A DNA stretch of 64,000 bases, taken from contig JAYVGH010000036.1 in assembly GCA_043772435.1 (NCBI GenBank), forward strand, positions 19,375 to 83,374. The letters are read 5' to 3'. The notes below the pieces were generated by a model. That model did no database searches. It was not told the DNA's origin and worked only from the letters and a program-made list of their open reading frames with translations. Shown here one piece after another: positions 20,499 through 29,646 of the stretch. The DNA comes from Bacteroidota bacterium. Lineage in GTDB: Bacteria > Bacteroidota > Bacteroidia > B-17B0 > Aurantibacillaceae. Position 1 is the stretch's first letter, and every line of letters begins with the position of its first letter. A program made the translations under genes and the position numbers.

Positions 20499-21125
20499 CT
20501 ATAGTTTTGCGAAATTAGTTAATAGTTGCATCCCGTATTTGTGGCTTTTTTCGGGATGAAATTGTGTTCCGTACACATTTTCGTTTTGAATTGCGGCATC
20601 AAAATCGCCTCCATAATCAGTTCGTAATATTGAGTTTGTATTTTCATCGCAAACTACTTTATAAGAATGCACAAAATAAAACCTATGATCGGTTGTAAAA
20701 CCATCAGTTAATTTACTGGGCGTATTTTGTTTTGCAAAATTCCAACCCATGTGTGGTATCTTAAGCCTTAGCTTGTCTTTTTCCAACTCTTGAGTAAATT
20801 TAAACTTTATAGTTTTTGCAGGTATCAGGTTTAACCCTTTTAGTATTCCTTCTTCGCTTCCTCTAGTTAATAGTTGCATTCCTAAACATATACCAAGAAA
20901 AGGGATCTTATCTACCTTAGCTTTATGAACTAAAACAGAACGTAAATTTAATTCATCAATTTTTTGAATGGCAGAATCGAATGCGCCAACACCCGGCAAT
21001 AAAATTTTTTCGGCATCTTCTATTTCTTTTATATCCGATGTAATTTTACTTTTTACACCAATGCGCTTTAGCATGTTTTGCACCGAACCTAAATTACCCA
21101 AACCGTAATTAATTATTGTTATCAT
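20499..21125 (-). CDS. hisH: HisH-like class I glutamine amidotransferase (WbuY type)
   Basis: LPGVGAF, GICLGMQLL, FYFVHSY, QFHPEKS (Cys-His-Glu triad). Confidence 0.9.
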   Translation of the reverse strand: MITIINYGLGNLGSVQNMLKRIGVKSKITSDIKEIEDAEKILLPGVGAFDSAIQKIDELNLRSVLVHKAKVDKIPFLGICLGMQLLTRGSEEGILKGLNLIPAKTIKFKFTQELEKDKLRLKIPHMGWNFAKQNTPSKLTDGFTTDHRFYFVHSYKVVCDENTNSILRTDYGGDFDAAIQNENVYGTQFHPEKSHKYGMQLLTNFAKL

Positions 21126-22303
21126 TTGGCGTGATCAACAGGGAAACAATATTTCATATAAAAACTTTTTGGCACTAAATTTGATTTATATAGAATAGCA
21201 AATAATGGGCGCAAACTTTCAAAACGCTTTTTGTAGGTGGGGTATTCATACCAATACTTTGGTTTTGCAGTTATTACTCTTTGATATTCATCGTCACTAA
21301 AACTCATTCTTTTTTTAATATAATCAACTAAGCCTTCTTCAATGTGAGGAAGTGTTTCGAAATACTCTTTTATAGCAAGTTCTCTATTCATTTTGCCATT
21401 TCTTACTTTTCCAGATAATGTATTATTTCTATAATCTATCTCAAATTTTTGCGGGAAATAAACACTATGGCTAAATGCATTCATTCGGTTTTCTAAATGA
21501 TGCCCTCCATAATCTTGCCAATCATATTCTTTTACCAATAAAGTTTTTGCATCTGCTTTTGTATAATTCATGTACCAATAAGGACGGATCTTCTTAATTC
21601 GCAAAAATAAAACCCATCTCATAAACCTCCAAAATGTCATTAACGGATAGGTTTTAATTTTTAATTTGCCATACTTTTTATGTATGGAAGAAATATACTT
21701 ACCATCAAAATAATTTTTACCTAATGGTGAAATACCCTCTTCTAAGAAAGAATGGCCTTCCAATATATATTTAATATTATATTTTGAAGCTATTCTATAC
21801 AAAATTTCGGCTACAGCAAGATCGGATGCTGCGTCAATTTCAGGCACATCTGCCATAAAAAACGCACGGTATATATCATCCATTTCTGTATTATCAACAA
21901 CATGTGTATAAAGATCTATCTTTAATTTTTGTGTTATTTTAGTAATATTTAATGTAGCAATTGCAGTATTATATGTATTATCATAGTGAACCGCTAAAGG
22001 CTTTAAATTATTTAAAACAGCCCAATGCAATAAGTAAGAAGAGTCTGTTCCACCGCTTACACCAATAATACAATCATACTTTTTGCCTTTACCGGTTTGT
22101 TTTATATCCTCAAGTATTTTCTCAAGTTCTTTCTCTCCGCTTTGTTTACCCGTACCATATTCCTCAATTAATGCATCGGTCATTTCGCAATAACTACATA
22201 CGCCGGCTTTATTAAAAGTGATGTATGGCACAGATGTATCATATATACAACGCGAACACATTTTATAATTAGCTTCTAAACTTCTTTTTTTTGTTCCCTG
22301 CAT
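21122..22303 (-). CDS. N-acetyl sugar amidotransferase (WbuX/PseA-like)
   Basis: CSRC...CSYC, VSGGTDSS, WQDYGGHHLEN; directly upstream of the HisH/HisF-like pair. Confidence 0.85.
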   Translation of the reverse strand: MQGTKKRSLEANYKMCSRCIYDTSVPYITFNKAGVCSYCEMTDALIEEYGTGKQSGEKELEKILEDIKQTGKGKKYDCIIGVSGGTDSSYLLHWAVLNNLKPLAVHYDNTYNTAIATLNITKITQKLKIDLYTHVVDNTEMDDIYRAFFMADVPEIDAASDLAVAEILYRIASKYNIKYILEGHSFLEEGISPLGKNYFDGKYISSIHKKYGKLKIKTYPLMTFWRFMRWVLFLRIKKIRPYWYMNYTKADAKTLLVKEYDWQDYGGHHLENRMNAFSHSVYFPQKFEIDYRNNTLSGKVRNGKMNRELAIKEYFETLPHIEEGLVDYIKKRMSFSDDEYQRVITAKPKYWYEYPTYKKRFESLRPLFAILYKSNLVPKSFYMKYCFPVDHAK

Positions 22304-22308
22304 AAATT

Positions 22309-23193
22309 TTAAAGATTGTTTTTTAATTTTTGTATAAATTTTGCATGCGGCACCGCAAAATTACCTGTTACCTTTTCGCCTTCACCTACATTTTGCGTTA
22401 CAACGCTACCAATTGTTAAATAAGCGTTTTTTTCAATTGTCAAGCCATTTGATACAGTAACACCCGGACCTACCCAAATGTTTTCTTTTAAAGTTGTACT
22501 TCCCGAGATCATGGAGTTACCTATTAAAAAACAGCCTTTACCTATATGCACGCCATGTGCTATATATACCAGGTCGTCGATCTTAACTTCGTCGGAAATT
22601 TTGGTGTGCCTAAAAGAAAATCCTTTATGAATAGCGCAATTAGCGCCTATTTTTACATCATTACCTATAATTACTTTTCCGTCGTGTATAACATTAACTA
22701 TTCCTTTACTGGTGCGTTTTAATTCAAACCCTTCTGATCCTATAACGGCTCCCGATTTAACGTAACAATCATTTCCAATTTCTACATCCGCTAAAATAGT
22801 AGCGTTTGGCCCGACGTAAGTATTGTTTCCAATAACCACATTGTGCTCGCAAATATAAGCTCTTGGATGAATAATGGCAGTTGGACTTATTACTGAAGGA
22901 TTTTTAACATAATTACTTTCAACTATTTTATTTAAAAAAGTATAATAATAATATCGTGGGTCATCGCAAGTTATTGTGATCTTATTTTTGCAATGCTCTT
23001 TTAAATGATTGAAGCAAATAACCACAGTAATATTTAAATTATTATTTATTTCGTCAATAAATTTTTCTGTATCAACAAAAGCAATTGTATTTGGATCTAT
23101 TGCATTTGACATTCCGAAATAGCTACATTCAAATTCTTTCTCAGAAATTAAACCGGTATATTTTTTTAAAGAGGCCTGGTCTATTTTTTCCAT
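22309..23193 (-). CDS. LpxD-like hexapeptide-repeat N-acyltransferase
   Basis: DDPRYYY N-domain, left-handed beta-helix repeats, AVIGSEGF, IGANCAI, KIDDLVYIAHGV. Confidence 0.75.
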   Translation of the reverse strand: MEKIDQASLKKYTGLISEKEFECSYFGMSNAIDPNTIAFVDTEKFIDEINNNLNITVVICFNHLKEHCKNKITITCDDPRYYYYTFLNKIVESNYVKNPSVISPTAIIHPRAYICEHNVVIGNNTYVGPNATILADVEIGNDCYVKSGAVIGSEGFELKRTSKGIVNVIHDGKVIIGNDVKIGANCAIHKGFSFRHTKISDEVKIDDLVYIAHGVHIGKGCFLIGNSMISGSTTLKENIWVGPGVTVSNGLTIEKNAYLTIGSVVTQNVGEGEKVTGNFAVPHAKFIQKLKNNL

Positions 23194-23903
23194 TATTCTA
23201 TAAAATTTTCCGCTTTTAAATATTCATGTACGGTTAATGAATTATTAAAATGTGTATGGTGATTTTCAAGCACATTAATAAGTAGATCTCTTGTTCCAGG
23301 CACCTTTGTATTCCTATATTTTATTAATTCTTCTGCGTTTTGATAATGAATTTTAGCGTTATTGTATGTTTGTTCTGTATCTGTATTCAAGAAGATGTGA
23401 ATAGGATGAATGCAAAACACATTTAAATTATTAGTAAACGTATTAATTTTAGTATCGTTAAAAGAATGCTTGTACATAAAATGAATATCATCTTCAAAAT
23501 TATGCAATACCTTAACTAATCCATTCCAAAGTTTATAAGGTGTAATATCGTTTTTATATGGCAAATTAGTATTAGCCTCATATTGTAAACCATAATCTTT
23601 AAAGGTTTGAAACAGGGGAGTACTTTGTACTAAGGAATGAGAACGAACACCTTTAGCATTTGGAACAATTTCTAAAACTTTTTCAATAGCCTCATTAATA
23701 GTTCCCTTTTGTTGATGCATTAACGGCAAAAAATTAGGATGGATGCCCAGCTCAAAATTTTTATCTTGTCTTATGGAATCGATCACCGATGATTGATGTG
23801 TACAAAAAAAAGTACATTTAACATTGTATCTATTAAATAATTCTATTGTATCGGCTATAACTGCTTCCGGTGCCCAATCTATATCACTCGTAAACAGATT
23901 CAT
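23193..23903 (-). CDS. WbmS-type polysaccharide deacetylase
   Basis: FTSDIDWAPE, ELGIHPNF, GVRSHSL, FCIHPIHIFLN. Confidence 0.7.
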   Translation of the reverse strand: MNLFTSDIDWAPEAVIADTIELFNRYNVKCTFFCTHQSSVIDSIRQDKNFELGIHPNFLPLMHQQKGTINEAIEKVLEIVPNAKGVRSHSLVQSTPLFQTFKDYGLQYEANTNLPYKNDITPYKLWNGLVKVLHNFEDDIHFMYKHSFNDTKINTFTNNLNVFCIHPIHIFLNTDTEQTYNNAKIHYQNAEELIKYRNTKVPGTRDLLINVLENHHTHFNNSLTVHEYLKAENFIE

Positions 23904-23906
23904 ATT

Positions 23907-24689
23907 TTAATCTTGTATTCTTGCTTTTTCAATTATTAGTTTTTTTCCATCAATTGTTCTTATAAACGCCCCCGGATATGGTGAGCTCTGCGCTCTTATA
24001 AAATTATAAAGTTCAAAAGATGTTTTTGTGAGGTTCATTTCACCATCATCAGGTTTTCTTTGCGGATATATTTTTAGTTTACTTTTATCCTGCGCTTTAA
24101 ATACTATACCATCTATATTTACCAATGACTTTAATAAAATATGTTTTGAAATATCAGTTACTTTATCATATACTTCTTTAATTGTATCGCTTTCTTCAAT
24201 AACAATTTTTTCTTGCTCAATAATGTCGCCATCATCTACCCCTTCGTCTAGCCTGAACAATGTAACACCCGTTTCCTTTTCGCCATTTATTATTGCCCAA
24301 ACCAAGGGGGCTCCTCCTGCATAATCAGGAAGCATAGATGCATGAATTCCCCATGCACCGTAAAGCGCTAAATCTCTGATTTTTTTTGGAATCATATAAT
24401 ACCAACCCATTATTAAAATAACATCGGGTTTTATATCATTAATTATTTCAAAATAATCAATTGTCTTTTTTCCGGATTCACTAGACTCAATATAATAACA
24501 GGGAATATGATTTTTTTTTGATATCAGCTCTAAGTCAGAATAATTATAATTTTTTACTTTGGTTTGGCTATAAGAAATACTAAACTCTTTTGGAATAGTA
24601 AATAAAGCACTAATACTTATTTTATTACATAAAAGATGATTTAATACTTCCTCACTGAACTTTGTTGCGCCAAAAAAAACTACTTTCAT
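23907..24689 (-). CDS. Sugar-nucleotide N-formyltransferase (Fmt-like)
   Basis: GIHASMLPDYAGGAP, TGVTLF, VDDGDI, IRAQSSPYPGAF. Start moved to the ATG at 24689, which overlaps the upstream stop as ATGA. Confidence 0.82.
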   Translation of the reverse strand: MKVVFFGATKFSEEVLNHLLCNKISISALFTIPKEFSISYSQTKVKNYNYSDLELISKKNHIPCYYIESSESGKKTIDYFEIINDIKPDVILIMGWYYMIPKKIRDLALYGAWGIHASMLPDYAGGAPLVWAIINGEKETGVTLFRLDEGVDDGDIIEQEKIVIEESDTIKEVYDKVTDISKHILLKSLVNIDGIVFKAQDKSKLKIYPQRKPDDGEMNLTKTSFELYNFIRAQSSPYPGAFIRTIDGKKLIIEKARIQD

Positions 24690-26587
24690 TCTATTTTTTC
24701 TCCATTTAAAAATATACGGCACCACCATTCAAAGTTTAAAAAACTCCAAATCAATAAACGATGATTAATTTTATCATTTATATGCTCATTCACAATTTTT
24801 TTTACGTAGTCGGGATTTATAAATTCCGATGATACATTTTTTTTTCCGAGTAATAATTCTTTTACATAATCGGCATTTTCTCCACGGTACCAACTTTCAT
24901 CTGGTGCACTAAAGCCTTGTTTTTTTCTATTTAAAATAGAGTCAGGCATAAAGCTGCTCATGGCTTTTCGCAAAACATTTTTACCATCATCAAAATCACG
25001 ATAACTCGCTGTTTGCCTCGATTTTGAACTATCGTTCTCGTTAATTTTTTTTATTTCAGCTGTAAAGTTTCCAAGCTTGTGTTTAACGGGAATTTTTTGG
25101 GCAAAATTTACAAGGTCATTATCCATAAAAGGAAAACGTTCTTCTAAACCATTAGCCATACTTAATTTATCACCAACTAAAAATAAACTCGGCAAAAAGG
25201 TTTTTATTTCAAAATATAAAGAATTATTGATGTGTTGCTCGGGCGTTTGATATTGTAATTTATTATTAAAGGTAAAAACACGTTCAAAAATTTCGCGTGG
25301 CTCGTTAATATCTATTTTATTATAGATATTAGTATTAAATAATTGTTGTTTTTCGTTGTCGCTAACTAATCGCTGCCAAAAACCATAATATTGATTAAAA
25401 AATTCTTTTTGATCGAGCGCATTAAACACTCTATAATAACGCCAAGGATAACCTCCATACAACTCATCGCCGCCTGTACCTTGTAAACAAACTTTTACAA
25501 ATTTTGAAGCTAATCTGGAAATATAATAATTAGGGTAACTCATTCCAACTTTTAGATCCTCTAAATGATAAACAACTTTTGGTAAACTCCAGGCAAGATC
25601 GCCGGCATTTATTACTTGTTCGTAATGTTCGGTTTTAAAGGCATTGGCCATTAACTCGGCATCTCTTCTTTCGTCATAATTTGCTTCAACACCTGTAACG
25701 CCACTCATATCAAAACCACAGGTAAAAGTTGCCATGCGCGGTATCATACTTGAACCAACAGCAGTAATAGCACCACTATCCATACCACCCGATAAATAAG
25801 AACCTACTGGTACATCGGCAACCATTTGCCGTTTTACAGCTTGTTGAAATAAACGAAGGGTTTCATCTTTTGCATCGTTAAACGACATTGACTCGTCGGT
25901 ATTTGAAAAATCGTAATCCCACCAACTATTATGAACCAATTGTTTAAAATCATTTCCAATTTCGATAGTGTTAGCCGTTGGTATCATGGCCACGCCTTTA
26001 AATAAAGTACGAAATGAAAATAAATTTTGAAAGGTAAAATATTCGTTCAATGAACTTAGATCAACATCTACTTTAAAATTGGGATGTTTTAAAAATGCTT
26101 TTATTTCAGACGCAAACAAAAAGGTATCGCCGTTATGCCAATAGTATAAAGGTTTAATACCAAATTTATCGCGGCTTAAATATATTTTTCGATTACTATG
26201 ATTAAATGCAGCAATTGCAAACATGCCATTTAAACGCTGAAAAAATTTAGGGCCGTAAGCCTCTAATCCTTCAACAATAACTTCGGTATCTGTTGTAGAT
26301 GTAAATAAATGTCCCTTATTTAGAAGATCTTGCTTAAGCTCTTTAAAATTATAGATACATCCGTTAAATATGATCGTCCAGTTTTTTGATTTAGAGTGCA
26401 TTGGCTGAGAACCTTTTTCAGACAAATCGAGTATCGATAATCGTCGATGGCCAAGTGCAATGTTACCATCTATAAATATTCCTTTTCCATCAGGGCCTCT
26501 ATGTGCAATTGCATCTGTCATAGATGAAATTACAGATTCATCAACTCGTTGGTTATTAAAATTAATTATACCTGTTATACCGCACAT
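24686..26587 (-). CDS. asnB: AsnB-family amidotransferase, copy 3
   Basis: MCGI, HRRLSILD, LSGGMDS, GTGGDELYGGY, GLEERFPF. Confidence 0.92.
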   Translation of the reverse strand: MCGITGIINFNNQRVDESVISSMTDAIAHRGPDGKGIFIDGNIALGHRRLSILDLSEKGSQPMHSKSKNWTIIFNGCIYNFKELKQDLLNKGHLFTSTTDTEVIVEGLEAYGPKFFQRLNGMFAIAAFNHSNRKIYLSRDKFGIKPLYYWHNGDTFLFASEIKAFLKHPNFKVDVDLSSLNEYFTFQNLFSFRTLFKGVAMIPTANTIEIGNDFKQLVHNSWWDYDFSNTDESMSFNDAKDETLRLFQQAVKRQMVADVPVGSYLSGGMDSGAITAVGSSMIPRMATFTCGFDMSGVTGVEANYDERRDAELMANAFKTEHYEQVINAGDLAWSLPKVVYHLEDLKVGMSYPNYYISRLASKFVKVCLQGTGGDELYGGYPWRYYRVFNALDQKEFFNQYYGFWQRLVSDNEKQQLFNTNIYNKIDINEPREIFERVFTFNNKLQYQTPEQHINNSLYFEIKTFLPSLFLVGDKLSMANGLEERFPFMDNDLVNFAQKIPVKHKLGNFTAEIKKINENDSSKSRQTASYRDFDDGKNVLRKAMSSFMPDSILNRKKQGFSAPDESWYRGENADYVKELLLGKKNVSSEFINPDYVKKIVNEHINDKINHRLLIWSFLNFEWWCRIFLNGEKIE

Positions 26588-26588
26588 C

Positions 26589-27545
26589 CTATTTTGAAAC
26601 TATGGAAGTATGAGCTGCTTCTTCACTTCTAAAAAAATCAATTTTTAAATTTAATTCATTAGCCCATTCTTTATATTCTTCTGGCGTATATCGCTCAGCA
26701 TTACTGGGCGAGTACCAATCAAAATTGCAGGAATCATTTTCTTGTTTTGTCCATGTAGGATGGTAAAAACATTTAATAAAATTCCAGTAAATAAAACGCT
26801 GTATATCATAGTCGCCACCTTTTATTCCTAAAGCCGGAATATCTGGGCAGTTAAACTTTACATTTAATTCGGTTAAGCGTTTACCTAATTCCGTCAATTG
26901 ATTTGAAAATTCCCACATCTGTTCATGCGATAAATTATGAGTAGCTTTTCTAAAATGATCGTCAACTAATTCGCGTGGCAAGGCCTTTTTTGCATATACG
27001 TAACAAGCAAATTTACCTGTAGGTGAAAGTAAGGACGAAAGATGAGCAAATGTTTTTTTAGGGTTCTCGGTATGGTGAATAACCTGATCGCATAAAATAA
27101 AATCTAAAGTTTCTTTTTTAAATGGAAGGTTAGCAATATCGCCTCTTAAAAAAAACACATTAGGAATATGCTTATATCTTTTAGCTGCTACAAATGCTGC
27201 TTCCGAAAAATCAATACCAAATACTATTGCATGAGGAGCTAACTCTGCTAACCATGCGCTTTTATAACCAATACCACAACCTGCATCAATAATTACTTTT
27301 TTGTCTTTTAAAAATGTTTGCAGGCCTTCTATGGTTTTAAAGCCATATAATTCTAACACCCATTTTTTTTGAAACTCCTCTGATTCAGATGTCGCACTTT
27401 CTTTATCCAACTTTACCCATTTTTCTGAAAAAGAATCGTTTGTTTGTGATTGATTATGATATTCGGAAGCATCAGTGATAGTGGCAATGTTATCATTAAA
27501 AATTACCGGAAACGAAAATAAATGTTGTAATTGATCAGTTGTCAT
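26589..27545 (-). CDS. Class I SAM-dependent methyltransferase
   Basis: IIDAGCGIG motif I, GIDFS, GDIANLPF, DQVIHHT. Confidence 0.88.
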   Translation of the reverse strand: MTTDQLQHLFSFPVIFNDNIATITDASEYHNQSQTNDSFSEKWVKLDKESATSESEEFQKKWVLELYGFKTIEGLQTFLKDKKVIIDAGCGIGYKSAWLAELAPHAIVFGIDFSEAAFVAAKRYKHIPNVFFLRGDIANLPFKKETLDFILCDQVIHHTENPKKTFAHLSSLLSPTGKFACYVYAKKALPRELVDDHFRKATHNLSHEQMWEFSNQLTELGKRLTELNVKFNCPDIPALGIKGGDYDIQRFIYWNFIKCFYHPTWTKQENDSCNFDWYSPSNAERYTPEEYKEWANELNLKIDFFRSEEAAHTSIVSK

Positions 27546-28693
27546 TATTTAATTGATTTAATTTTTTCAACTACATAAAAAAAATCTTCTGCTACCATTT
27601 TGTTGTGCAACGGAATAGACATAGAATATTCGTTACATGCATATGCTCCGGGAAAATCGTTTGGTTTTAAGTTGTAATTTTTAGCGTAATAACCCAACAT
27701 GTGCACAGCATGTGTGCCGGGACGAGTGCTAATACCATTTTGCTGCAGGTACTCCATTATATCGTTACGTTTCATAGGCGAGCTAGTTTCATCAATAAAC
27801 AAAACATAACTTTGCCAACCATGCTTATAACCCTTTGCAACTTGGGGCGTGCGTAACCACGAAATGTCACTTAACTCCTTTGTATAATAATCGGCCCACT
27901 TTTGGCGCTCATCAATAAACTTATCCAACTTTTTAATTTGAACTACACCAACGGCACCTTGAAGATCTGTCATACGGTAATTAAATCCGGATAAATTAAA
28001 TTCAGGTAAAATATAAGGCTTAGGTCCTTTATGGCGCTGCTCTTCACTTATAGATGCGCCGTGATTGCGCAACATATCCATATAATTTGCAGCTTCCTCA
28101 TTATTAGTAGTTAACATTCCACCCTCGCCCGTTGTAACTGATTTGCGCGGGTGAAGAGAAAAACAACCAATATCGCCTAAACTTCCTGCGGGTTTACCAT
28201 TTAAAGCAGACCCGGCGGCACAAGCAGCATCCTCTACAATTTTTAATTTTGGAAATTCAGCTTTTATTGTTTCTATATCTGCGCATAAACCAAAAAGATG
28301 TACCGGAATAATGGCAGTAGTTTTAGAAGTGATTTTTTCTTTTATTTTTTTTAGATCAATATTAAATGTAATAGGATCAACATCCACAAAAACCGGAATG
28401 GCATTGCAATAAAGAACCGCGTTGGCTGTGCTAACCCAGGTAAAAGCAGGCACTATAACTTCGTCGCCCGGTTTTACACCAACGGCTAATAATGCCAAAT
28501 GCAAAGCTGTTGTACAATTACTTACTGCTAAAGCATGTGTTACATTATGCCTTTCGGCAAATAATTTTTGCAACTCAGCAACCTTTGGTCCTTGCGTTAA
28601 CCAGCCACTAAAAATAGGTTCCTTTAATGCTTCCCACTCTTCTTGCCCCATCATGGGCTGCGAAATTTGAATGATGCGTTTTGTTAATTCCAT
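27545..28693 (-). CDS. DegT/DnrJ/EryC1/StrS sugar aminotransferase
   Basis: SNCTTALHL, VEDAACA, FSLHPRKSVTTGEGG (PLP lysine), GFNYRMTD. Confidence 0.93.
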   Translation of the reverse strand: MELTKRIIQISQPMMGQEEWEALKEPIFSGWLTQGPKVAELQKLFAERHNVTHALAVSNCTTALHLALLAVGVKPGDEVIVPAFTWVSTANAVLYCNAIPVFVDVDPITFNIDLKKIKEKITSKTTAIIPVHLFGLCADIETIKAEFPKLKIVEDAACAAGSALNGKPAGSLGDIGCFSLHPRKSVTTGEGGMLTTNNEEAANYMDMLRNHGASISEEQRHKGPKPYILPEFNLSGFNYRMTDLQGAVGVVQIKKLDKFIDERQKWADYYTKELSDISWLRTPQVAKGYKHGWQSYVLFIDETSSPMKRNDIMEYLQQNGISTRPGTHAVHMLGYYAKNYNLKPNDFPGAYACNEYSMSIPLHNKMVAEDFFYVVEKIKSIK

Positions 28694-28695
28694 AA

Positions 28696-29646
28696 TTATT
28701 TTTTTAAAATATTTTTTAATGAATCTGCTAATTGTCTTGTAAAGATATCTGTTCCATAAGCATTCAGATGTGTTTCGTCATAAAAAAATAAATTATCATT
28801 GTAAGTTTCGTCATTCATAAAATTATAATATTTAATGTTATTTAATTGAACATAATTTAATAAAGACTTATGTAGATTATCAGGTTTATATGCTAAATAA
28901 CTTTGATGATGCAAGGGTGAGGAATAAATTACAAACTGAATATCATTTTTAATACAAAGATTTTGAATTTTATTTAAGTAATAAATATTCGATTGGTGTA
29001 AAGGTATTTCTTTTTTGATGTCATCGTACTTAGCAGTTGGAAAACCTTTTTTATGTTTTTGTTCTAGTTTACTATATCCTTTATACCTTAAGATACTTGA
29101 ATCAAATTTTGAAGGGATAAAATATTTTTTTAAACCATAATAATTATTAAACTCGGCATATTTAATAAAAGGAATATATTTCCATATCCAAAATTTTAAT
29201 AAGGATACATTATTTTTATAACACTCGTCTACATTTCTGTCTCCTATATAAGACATAAAAAAATATTCATAAAAGGGATGGGTATATCCAATTACTGGGT
29301 CAATTAAAAAGTTATCCTCTACTTGTTGAAGATACGTTTTAGTTTTATTGCCATTTTTTAAAAACAAATATAAGGTAAGATAGTTTTGGCTCATTGCGCT
29401 TCCGTCATACCCTATATTAAAACCATTGAGATGACATATTGAATCGAACAGTAGGGAGTTAAAATTATTATGCACTCGAGAAGACCCCCCTACTACATAG
29501 TCGTAATTTTCATTTGTGAAACTAATAATATAACTTGGTTTATCAATATAATTTTTTTTTGCCTTTTTTTCATAAAAAAAATTTACAACAAATAAGCCCG
29601 AATAACTAATAACTATAAATAAAAATAGTTTTGTGAAAATTTTCAT
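28696..29646 (-). CDS. Membrane-anchored SGNH-like protein (AlgJ/DltD-type MBOAT partner)
   Basis: N-terminal TM helix, GGSSR block, FYDETHLN (DxxH); follows the MBOAT gene. Confidence 0.55.
   Translation of the reverse strand: MKIFTKLFLFIVISYSGLFVVNFFYEKKAKKNYIDKPSYIISFTNENYDYVVGGSSRVHNNFNSLLFDSICHLNGFNIGYDGSAMSQNYLTLYLFLKNGNKTKTYLQQVEDNFLIDPVIGYTHPFYEYFFMSYIGDRNVDECYKNNVSLLKFWIWKYIPFIKYAEFNNYYGLKKYFIPSKFDSSILRYKGYSKLEQKHKKGFPTAKYDDIKKEIPLHQSNIYYLNKIQNLCIKNDIQFVIYSSPLHHQSYLAYKPDNLHKSLLNYVQLNNIKYYNFMNDETYNDNLFFYDETHLNAYGTDIFTRQLADSLKNILKK

Noticed and set aside
19749-21125. Histidine biosynthesis hisH/hisF
   Set aside because: No other his genes are present, the HisF catalytic Asp is replaced, and the genes follow a sugar amidotransferase.
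9384-26587. asnB copies as asparagine biosynthesis
   Set aside because: All three are embedded among glycosyltransferases; glycan amidation fits better.
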